From Escherichia phage JLBYU08, in the sequence record OK272482.1: 64,000 nucleotides of DNA; one strand, written 5' to 3'. The position numbers and the translations under genes were made by a program. Positions 44,153 to 50,352 of the stretch are shown piece by piece (position 1 is the stretch's first letter; each line of letters starts with the position of its first letter). The notes under the pieces were generated by a model. It was not told the DNA's origin. It saw only the letters and a list, made by a program, of their open reading frames with translations, and did no database searches.

Positions 44153-44350
44153 TTATTTGTCTTTATGGCGGTATCGTTCTGCCTGTCGTTCACGTTCCAA
44201 AAGTAGGCCGGGCAATTTACGATCATAATGATTACGCCAGATCTTCCCAAACCTTTTTGGCTTATTCAGTTTATTGTTACGCTGGCGGCGTTCTGGCAGC
44301 TCTTCGGAATCATGAGGGCGCTTTACAATTTTCTCGAAATTAATTTTCAT
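44153..44350 (-). CDS. highly basic small protein (island)
   Basis: 65 aa from ATG 44350 (RBS AAGGGGGG); Arg/Lys-rich; terminator 44113-44144 follows. Confidence 0.5.
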   Translation of the reverse strand: MKINFEKIVKRPHDSEELPERRQRNNKLNKPKRFGKIWRNHYDRKLPGLLLERERQAERYRHKDK

Positions 44351-44693
44351 ATATTCCCCCCTTGCTAACTTCAATATTGGCCTGAATAGCCCGGATACGG
44401 CGCTTTATAACTTCCTGATCTGTGTGGTCGTATCCCCAAAAGTCTACAATTTTTGCGCCCCCCGCCTCCAGGCGGTATAGTGTTTCCTGCATTTTGTAAG
44501 CCGGGATCGGTCGCGGTGTTACTTGGTCACCTTCTTTATTTTTATACTTTATAATATAATCTTCGTTATCGTTGAATGCCCAAAATGGATATTCTGCAAG
44601 GGCGGTACTTCCTCTTTCCTTTTTATCCTGGATCTTATTTACAATTAAAGCCGTAGCAATAGCGCCAATAATAAAACTTGCCCCGCTGATCAT
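44340..44693 (-). CDS. N-terminally anchored membrane protein (island)
   Basis: 117 aa; MISGASFIIGAIATALIV. Confidence 0.55.
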   Translation of the reverse strand: MISGASFIIGAIATALIVNKIQDKKERGSTALAEYPFWAFNDNEDYIIKYKNKEGDQVTPRPIPAYKMQETLYRLEAGGAKIVDFWGYDHTDQEVIKRRIRAIQANIEVSKGGIYEN

Positions 44694-44767
44694 GTACTTT
44701 CTCCTTTCATGGTGTTAATAAATTATCTTTATAGATGGCCCTGCAACCAGGACCACCGAAAAAATAA

Positions 44768-45013
44768 CTATTTCACAATGCCTACAAAACAGATCCCGCC
44801 TTCACCTATATAAGCAATATCGGTCACTTTATAACTTGTCAAGATCTGCTTATTTAGTTCATTAATAAAATCGGTCATTGCGTTGGTGTAGTTGTCTTCC
44901 GTGTCTAAGGCATAATCCCAGGTGTACACCTTTTTACGTCCGAAGCCTTTTACCATGATACGGGCGCTTTTGGTGTTGGTAGGGGCATAATATTTGGTGA
45001 TTAGTGCTGCCAT
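44768..45013 (-). CDS. hypothetical protein (island)
   Basis: 81 aa; preceded by 44-bp promoter repeat 45057-45100. Confidence 0.55.
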   Translation of the reverse strand: MAALITKYYAPTNTKSARIMVKGFGRKKVYTWDYALDTEDNYTNAMTDFINELNKQILTSYKVTDIAYIGEGGICFVGIVK

Positions 45014-45056
45014 GGTTTTAACTCCTATGCATTAGTTCAGTGTTAACAGTATAAAG

Positions 45057-45100
45057 TTTACTTTATTGATGGCCCTGGTGTCAAGGCCATCTAAAAATAA
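45057..45100 (-). repeat. 44-bp promoter-palindrome repeat, copy 2
   Basis: Identical to copy 3 and 1 mismatch to copy 1. Minus strand TTGACA-N18-TAAACT with the -35 flanked by GATGGCC/GGCCATC arms. Confidence 0.8.
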
Positions 45101-45102
45101 GC

Positions 45103-45444
45103 TTACTCGTTTTCTTCCAGCTCCGCAAGCTCTTCTTTTGCTTCTTCTAACTCTGTCTGTAATTCCTGGTATTCTTCATCGTCCTCAATATCCAGGCTGT
45201 CGATGTAGTCGCTAAATCCGCAGCGGTAAGCGATAGGATCTAGCTCCTTGAGGATACGCGACGGAAGAAAAGAAATGTTTCCGATCATAATTTCGCCGTA
45301 GATCTCGTCTAACCATTCATCATAGTTTTCGTCGTACTTGTCCTCGTCGATTTCAAAGTTATCGATCTTATTCTCAAGGTCTGCGATCTGTTTTTTCAGT
45401 TCAGCGATCTGCATAGCTTTTTCTGAGGCGGTCATAGTAGTCAT
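45103..45444 (-). CDS. very acidic coiled-coil protein (island)
   Basis: 113 aa; about 40% D/E by eye; cassette with hairpin 45471-45483. Confidence 0.55.
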   Translation of the reverse strand: MTTMTASEKAMQIAELKKQIADLENKIDNFEIDEDKYDENYDEWLDEIYGEIMIGNISFLPSRILKELDPIAYRCGFSDYIDSLDIEDDEEYQELQTELEEAKEELAELEENE

Positions 45445-45495
45445 GGTGTTTTTCTCCTTTTGTGTGTTCTGGGAAGTTTTCCCGTTTATGTGCTT

Positions 45496-45523
45496 ATTAT
45501 ATCGATTTAAGTTAGCTTGTCAA
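45496..45523 (-). promoter_or_regulatory. island promoter (example cassette)
   Basis: Minus strand TTGACA-N16-TATAAT, followed by hairpin GGGAAAACTTCCC (45471-45483). Confidence 0.6.
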
Positions 45524-45643
45524 TTAAAAGTTTAAGAAAAATTTTGCGACACCGTTGGCGCTACCCATCAACATTTGCGCCAGGATGTACCCAATGATGC
45601 AAACGATGATGGTTACCTTTGTGTGCTGGCGTGTAGTGCTCAT
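45524..45643 (-). CDS. 39-aa membrane micro-peptide (island)
   Basis: Not in the track; RBS AAAGGAGG; MSTTRQHTKVTIIVCIIGYILAQMLMGSANGVAKFFLNF; preceded by promoter repeat 45678-45721. Confidence 0.5.
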   Translation of the reverse strand: MSTTRQHTKVTIIVCIIGYILAQMLMGSANGVAKFFLNF

Positions 45644-45677
45644 CTTTAAGCCTCCTTTTCCGCTCAACTGTGGTTAG

Positions 45678-45721
45678 TTTACTTTATTGATGGCCCTGGT
45701 GTCAAGGCCATCTAAAAATAA
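45678..45721 (-). repeat. 44-bp promoter-palindrome repeat, copy 3
   Basis: tttactttattgatggccctggtgtcaaggccatctaaaaataa. Confidence 0.8.
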
Positions 45722-45723
45722 AC

Positions 45724-46119
45724 TCAATAAGTTTTTAGTACTTTCCCGTCCAATCTGTCAAGCTGGATCTCGATAGCTGCAGAAAACCTATTGTAAACCA
45801 CATCGCCCAGGGAGTCCAGCCAATCTATGACGTTATATACCTGCTCTTTATTCTTGCAAGTCCGGATCCGTTTCATTACGTAAGACGGATCAATATTAGC
45901 GCTCTCGTTGTTGTGGTCCTGCGCCTGGCCTGCTGCGCTAGTTATAGATTTTACAACCACCTGAAAGGGCTTTAAGGTGCCTTTTGCGTTCATCTCACGC
46001 GCTTTTGCGGCGCGGTTGTTATATGTTACACAACGGCGGCAAATGTTGACCAAATGCATATCAATAATTTTTTCATCGTTTGCCAGTTCGTTCATGATGC
46101 GGCGTACGTTCTTATTCAT
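45724..46119 (-). CDS. hypothetical protein (island)
   Basis: 131 aa; promoter TTGACA-N17-TAAACT upstream. Confidence 0.55.
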   Translation of the reverse strand: MNKNVRRIMNELANDEKIIDMHLVNICRRCVTYNNRAAKAREMNAKGTLKPFQVVVKSITSAAGQAQDHNNESANIDPSYVMKRIRTCKNKEQVYNVIDWLDSLGDVVYNRFSAAIEIQLDRLDGKVLKTY

Positions 46120-46201
46120 GATCTTTTTCCTTTGTGCTGGCGGGAAACATTCCAGCCTTTTGTGTCTAGTTTACTTAAATTTTGCAGCGTGTCAATGATT
46201 T

Positions 46202-46600
46202 TTATTCGTGGGCGCATGTTACAATGTGTTTTTTATAGCCCAGGTGGTCAGCAAGTGCCGACAAAAACTCTTCTTCGTAGATCCAGCCGTCGGCAGTGAT
46301 CCCCATAGCATTTAATGCGCTCTCAAGTGCTGCGTTAGCTTTATCGTAACCGTGACCGCTCGCCTTGCCGCCAGTATAACCGTACTTATTGTTCTTGTTG
46401 TCGTGAATCCAAAACACGCAGTAGTGAGTGTTCCCGCTGGCGGCGGCATAATACCGGATCTCAGCTACTTCGTGCAAATTATTGTCATCGTCCAGGCCCA
46501 CCAGATTATAAGCCTTGTAAAATCCACGATCACGGCGGCAGTTCTTGACATCAGAAAAAGAAAAGTCTGCATTATCAAAATTAAAGGTAGTGGTTTTCAT
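46202..46600 (-). CDS. hypothetical protein (island)
   Basis: 132 aa; motif GGKASGHGYDKANAALESAL; RBS TAAGAGGA. Confidence 0.55.
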   Translation of the reverse strand: MKTTTFNFDNADFSFSDVKNCRRDRGFYKAYNLVGLDDDNNLHEVAEIRYYAAASGNTHYCVFWIHDNKNNKYGYTGGKASGHGYDKANAALESALNAMGITADGWIYEEEFLSALADHLGYKKHIVTCAHE

Positions 46601-46664
46601 GATTTTATCCTCTTAGTGTCTTTTGTGCTTTTAGTGTATTTGGTGTCGGACTGTATGTCAATAC

Positions 46665-46862
46665 TTATTTTTTATTAAACCAGTGGTTGATCTGACCTTT
46701 TGTCAGGGCGCAACGATTAAGCTGTTGCAGGGTATAGCTATGACCGCGACGAAATTTATAAAGGCCTTGCCCGTTGTTGATGGTTACATCCACCCGGCAA
46801 ATCACTTGATTGGTGACCACCTGGCGAGTGTTGCGACGTACTTTGATCCCGTATGCGTTCAT
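46665..46862 (-). CDS. hypothetical basic protein (island)
   Basis: 65 aa from ATG 46862 (RBS AAAGAGGA) downstream of promoter at ~46905-46940. Confidence 0.5.
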   Translation of the reverse strand: MNAYGIKVRRNTRQVVTNQVICRVDVTINNGQGLYKFRRGHSYTLQQLNRCALTKGQINHWFNKK

Positions 46863-46948
46863 AAATTTATCCTCTTTACTGGTTAGTGCGGTGTTGTTCA
46901 CCTTGTAGGGTAATAATACCATGATTAACCTTGTTGTCAACGACTATT

Positions 46949-47110
46949 TTAAATTATTTTTATGATAGAATCCACCTGCCGTCCCCGCCAGGTTAACCAC
47001 CATTTTTCGTACTCTTCTTTATGTTCCAACGCTCCCGCCATAGCCTTTTCAACCAGGGCGATAGCCTCAGAGTCATTAATAGCTACATTTTCCAGGGGGG
47101 ATCATATCAT
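46949..47110 (-). pseudogene. first island ORF, interrupted by in-frame TGA at codon 3 / C6-tract frameshift
   Basis: Strong RBS GAGGAGG, then ATG ATA TGA, continuing in frame for 50 codons (...VAINDSEAIALVEKAMAGALEHKEEYEKWW...). A second ATG 5 nt later is +1 out of frame across a C6 run (G6 at 47095-47100 on +). Confidence 0.3.
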
Positions 47111-47268
47111 TTTTGTACCTCCTCTTCAATTGTTACCTATCCTGTAGCATAGGCCCACCAGGTTTACAAGCCTTCATTCTCCCCTACCTGGTCAGTTAGG
47201 TCCTGCCAGGCTGGCCCCGCCAGGTGGCACAATATACCTATCGAAAGGACGGCAGGCACCGGTGACGG

Positions 47269-47285
47269 GGGAGACAACCACCGGG
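47269..47285 (+). repeat. GGGAGACAACCACCGGG (related core copy)
   Basis: 16/17 identical to 47408-47424. Confidence 0.55.
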
Positions 47286-47301
47286 GATGGGCGCTGCATA
47301 A

Positions 47302-47326
47302 AATGAGAACGGTTATCATTATCATT
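47302..47326 (+). promoter_or_regulatory. Fur-box-like operator
   Basis: GAGAACGGTTATCATTATC (47305-47323) matches the Fur consensus GATAATGATAATCATTATC at 15/19 by hand count; flanked by 8-bp inverted repeat TGCATAAA/TTTATGCA. Confidence 0.45.
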
Positions 47327-47397
47327 TAAAAATTTATGCAAAAAAAAAAATCCTTGCTTTCTTTGTCCTGTGTGATACTATAATAACAAGCCGGGGC

Positions 47398-47430
47398 AAC
47401 AGGGGCCGGGAGACAATCACCGGGCCTGCC
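47398..47430 (+). repeat. AACAGGGGccggGAGACAATCACCGGGCCTGCC element
   Basis: Directly downstream of a TATAAT (47379-47384). Inverted partner at 37835-37863. Confidence 0.7.
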
Positions 47431-47442
47431 CGTTATTCTGCA

Positions 47443-47490
47443 AACGAGAATGATTATCATTCAAAATTCTAAATGAGAACTCCTCGCATT
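47443..47490 (+). promoter_or_regulatory. Fur-box-like operator plus a degenerate third box
   Basis: GAGAATGATTATCATTCAA (47446-47464) matches at 14/19; second box aaATGAGAACtcctcgCATT at 47471-47490. Confidence 0.45.
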
Positions 47491-47571
47491 TAATAAATTT
47501 AATTAGCACGCTAATTACCCTCCGTAACAATTTACTATAAAATAGTATCCACTAAAATATTCCCATATAGA

Positions 47572-47760
47572 AATTTTAAAAATCCATTTCTGAAAACGAA
47601 AAATCGATTTCGTCCCCAAAAATTTCAGGTTGAGAGCCGGAACGATTTCCAGAAAATCCGATTCAGAAAACGAAAAACAGATCGAGTACTGAGAAATTTA
47701 TCGAGAAAAATTTTCAGAAAATCCAAGCCCTGAAATGAAAAGTAGATCGAGTACCTGGAA
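47572..47760 (+). repeat. three degenerate direct repeats, period ~64-73 bp
   Basis: Each unit reads GAAAATCC-N5-6-TGAAA(A/T)(C)GAAAA-N2-(A)GATCGAGTAC; the first unit is more diverged. Confidence 0.6.
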
Positions 47761-47925
47761 AGCTGCACCGCAACTTCAAGATAGCGGTTAGATTGTTACC
47801 ATAGAAGGTCAAGGGTAAGTGGAGGAAGTTCTAGTAGAGAGAGGTTAGCATGTGTGGGAAATCTATAATGGTGGCCTGGAATATGGTGCAAACGATAGGA
47901 TGAGTTATTCAGCTTGTCGCGCCTA

Positions 47926-48035
47926 CTCTGAAAAATCCATTTTAGTTTTCGATCCATTTTCTGATTTTCTAAGAATTTTAAAATATCCAGCCCGGTGAAA
48001 TATCAAAAGGAGGAAATCCATTTTAGAAATCCCCC
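47926..48035 (+). repeat. further AAATCCATTTT motifs in both orientations
   Basis: GAAAAATCCATTTTAG, CGATCCATTTTCTG, GGAAATCCATTTTAG. Confidence 0.5.
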
Positions 48036-48066
48036 TTATACTTGATATGCCAGAAATTTTCAAGTA

Positions 48067-48396
48067 TCAGTTGTCTTTGTTTTTAGGTTTGTACATGCGC
48101 AGAGGTATGGTCTTTGTAACATTCCATTTCCTCAACCCTTCCCAGCTCCAGTTGTGGGCGTGGTATCCGGTTATGCATGCACTACTGGAGTGATCGTAAG
48201 CATAAGAGAACGCTAAGCGCACCAGGTGGGGCCAGTCCTTCCATGGTTGTGGACCGTAAGCTTTTCTCCAACACCGACACAAACTAAATGTCTCAAGGAT
48301 AGGAAGGATAACAAACCCATACACTGTCACCAAAATAGCCAGTGCAATGATTGTCAGGAATACATACCCTGCAGTTGAAATGATGATCTCTGTCAT
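48067..48396 (-). CDS. N-terminally anchored membrane protein
   Basis: 109 aa; IIISTAGYVFLTIIALAILVTVYGFVILPIL. Confidence 0.55.
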   Translation of the reverse strand: MTEIIISTAGYVFLTIIALAILVTVYGFVILPILETFSLCRCWRKAYGPQPWKDWPHLVRLAFSYAYDHSSSACITGYHAHNWSWEGLRKWNVTKTIPLRMYKPKNKDN

Positions 48397-48590
48397 TTGT
48401 CCTCCCCTTTCTTACGAATATAGATGTGAGATCCTGCCTGTATATAAATTTCTCGACCATCTTCTGCAAAGATATGAAATACACGATCACCTTCGTACTC
48501 GATACGAGATATTTTCATAATGGTCTTTCCACCTGGGATACGGATCTCGTCCCCCACAGCGATGTTCCATGCAGATTTAAGCTTAAACAT
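48393..48590 (-). CDS. hypothetical protein
   Basis: 65 aa from ATG 48590 (RBS GGAAGGTG). Confidence 0.5.
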   Translation of the reverse strand: MFKLKSAWNIAVGDEIRIPGGKTIMKISRIEYEGDRVFHIFAEDGREIYIQAGSHIYIRKKGEDK

Positions 48591-48828
48591 CTGCACCTTC
48601 CTTTGGGAGCTCGAACTCTGGCATAGCCATATACGCCACAACAGGGTTGTAATCAAAGTAGAAATGACCGTTAATTATCCCAGTTTTGTGAGCATAGTCA
48701 CCAGATCCTGCAAGAACAACCTCGCAAACTCCGAAATCAACCTTGCCATTCTCATCTGCCATGGCTACAATATACTTTCCTAGAGGCATGTTTTTAACGC
48801 CGTCTACAAATGTCCACCCTTTGTTCAT
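48583..48828 (-). CDS. hypothetical protein
   Basis: 81 aa. Confidence 0.5.
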   Translation of the reverse strand: MNKGWTFVDGVKNMPLGKYIVAMADENGKVDFGVCEVVLAGSGDYAHKTGIINGHFYFDYNPVVAYMAMPEFELPKEGADV

Positions 48829-48849
48829 AACTTTATCTCCTGGACTTTC

Positions 48850-49182
48850 TTAAGGTAACCAGTAAACAATTTCGCCTTTCAGTTCCATGTCGTTACCGAC
48901 ATAGATTTTCCAGCCATCCATTTTAGCCACTGCAGGAGTGAAGTCCGAAGAACCACTAACCTCTTTCCAAGTCCCGTAGTCAGGTTGCCAGATATAGAAT
49001 CCACCTTCCTTGTCCCATGCTCCATATACCACATCGAGCAGGTTGCCCATTGCAACAATAGTAGGCCGTGGGAATAATACACCTACAGATGCACCACAAT
49101 TTCGGGTAGATTTTAAATTACAATCCCAAAAGATGTCTGCCAGTGTGGCGGCAATAGCTTTACGTCTTTCCAATGTTACCAT
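48850..49182 (-). CDS. hypothetical protein
   Basis: 110 aa. Confidence 0.5.
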   Translation of the reverse strand: MVTLERRKAIAATLADIFWDCNLKSTRNCGASVGVLFPRPTIVAMGNLLDVVYGAWDKEGGFYIWQPDYGTWKEVSGSSDFTPAVAKMDGWKIYVGNDMELKGEIVYWLP

Positions 49183-49192
49183 GGCACGATAC

Positions 49193-49384
49193 TCACTTGT
49201 TGTTAAGAAGTTCTAAAACTTTCTGTTTTACTTTGTCAAGGTCTGTGGATTCAAAAACTGTACGATATCCCCAACTTTGCCCATAGGAGTGACTGCAATC
49301 CCCGTAGCACCATTGCTCAATTTGATAGTATTCAAGGAAGGGGTGCTGTCTAACTATGATACCATCCCGGTTAAAAATTACCAT
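49193..49384 (-). CDS. hypothetical protein
   Basis: 63 aa; promoter 49416-49443 upstream. Confidence 0.5.
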   Translation of the reverse strand: MVIFNRDGIIVRQHPFLEYYQIEQWCYGDCSHSYGQSWGYRTVFESTDLDKVKQKVLELLNNK

Positions 49385-49415
49385 AATACATCACTCTCTG
49401 TTAGTTTATGCATAT

Positions 49416-49443
49416 ATTATACACTGCAGTTTTCAGATGTCAA
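49416..49443 (-). promoter_or_regulatory. sigma70-type promoter
   Basis: Minus strand TTGACA-N16-TATAAT. Confidence 0.6.
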
Positions 49444-49447
49444 TCTT

Positions 49448-49642
49448 TTACAGGTTACTCCAGTATAATCGGCATTTACATTTTGGGCAATGAGGTTCTT
49501 TTATGTAATAACCATCAGTCTTTGGAACACTTTTTGGTGCAGTTTTAAGATTGTACCTGGTAAAACATCGGAAGCAGGTTACCTCTCCCACCTGTTGATC
49601 GTTGATCCACTCACCAGAGTAAAGCTCTTTCTTGTTTCTCAT
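49448..49642 (-). CDS. zinc-ribbon small protein
   Basis: 64 aa from ATG 49642 (RBS GGGAGAG); CFRC...CPKCKC. Confidence 0.5.
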   Translation of the reverse strand: MRNKKELYSGEWINDQQVGEVTCFRCFTRYNLKTAPKSVPKTDGYYIKEPHCPKCKCRLYWSNL

Positions 49643-49668
49643 AATTCTCTCCCAAATCCTCTGCAATC

Positions 49669-49839
49669 TTATACCAAAATCTCCAGCCAGAAAGCACACG
49701 GGAACACCTTGAGGATTGAATCTTTACTTGGCTCGGAAGTTCTTTTTCCGTATGGTAGGTAGAAATACCCCCCTGCAGATTCGAATATAGCTCCTTCGGT
49801 TGTATCTACCACAGCAAGAATTAAGATTTTAGTCTCCAC
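49669..49839 (-). CDS. hypothetical 56-aa protein
   Basis: Not in the track; GTG start with RBS AGAGAGGAGAG; promoter TTGACG-N17-TATAGT just upstream. Confidence 0.4.
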   Translation of the reverse strand: METKILILAVVDTTEGAIFESAGGYFYLPYGKRTSEPSKDSILKVFPCAFWLEILV

Positions 49840-49893
49840 AGTGCTCTCCTCTCTTAGTTGTTGTGGAAACTATATCACCTCAGAAGATGGTCG

Positions 49894-50352
49894 TCAACAC
49901 TTTTTGTACTCTACTACAACCACATCAATATCTGTGGTTGCAAGATTAATTACATCTTCTACATGTTCCCACTTTAGACCGCCAATACCGCATCCAATTT
50001 TAGGAATGTAGAACGGCAATGACACACCTTTGAATACCTCGTTGACTCGCTCAAAACCTTTCATTATTGAGAAGTATTCAGCATTGGGCCCTGGGTAGAA
50101 CTGGGTATACAGGTTGATTCCATATACGACCCTGTTCTTGGCAAAATGCTCCCAACAAGAAAACATACCCAGCTTGTCCAGATTACCATAGGCAGTCTCT
50201 TTGTCGGCTGCCAGTGCTTGAGGGAACTCACGGGCAATATCTTTCGCTATGCCTGCACCCATTGTATGAAAGCAGTTACAACCGTGGATCAGGTGACCAG
50301 CACCGCTCTTAAAAAGGGAGATTAAATCTCCCGCTACAGTATCAATAATCAC
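49894..50352 (-). CDS. macrodomain protein, TARG1/OARD1/DarG-like
   Basis: 152 aa; GDLISL...LIHGCNCFHTMGAGIAKDI and IPKIGCGIGGLKWEHV align with TARG1 GDLFAC...LAHCISEDCRMGAGIA and MPRIGCGLDRLQWENV as I recall them. Confidence 0.75.
   Translation of the reverse strand: MIIDTVAGDLISLFKSGAGHLIHGCNCFHTMGAGIAKDIAREFPQALAADKETAYGNLDKLGMFSCWEHFAKNRVVYGINLYTQFYPGPNAEYFSIMKGFERVNEVFKGVSLPFYIPKIGCGIGGLKWEHVEDVINLATTDIDVVVVEYKKC

Noticed and set aside
37756-45483. Reading all island GC hairpins as terminators
   Set aside because: Most lie 8-12 nt after a -10 box and are followed by A/C-rich leader, not a U tract. Only the five hairpins with clear T tracts (36512, 40550, 41685, 42460, 44113) were called terminators.
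36512-47110. The island as compositionally foreign DNA or a mobile element
   Set aside because: Hand counts of several 60-nt samples gave about 43% GC both inside and outside the island. No integrase, transposase or att-like direct repeats were found, and promoters are of the same sigma70 type as elsewhere. I therefore do not claim horizontal insertion, only a distinct architecture.
47296-47351. Hairpin TGCATAAA...TTTATGCA plus the A11 run as a terminator
   Set aside because: The homopolymer is on the wrong side for either strand (A-run after the stem on +, T-run before the stem on -). The stem encloses a 32-nt AT-rich loop carrying the operator-like box.
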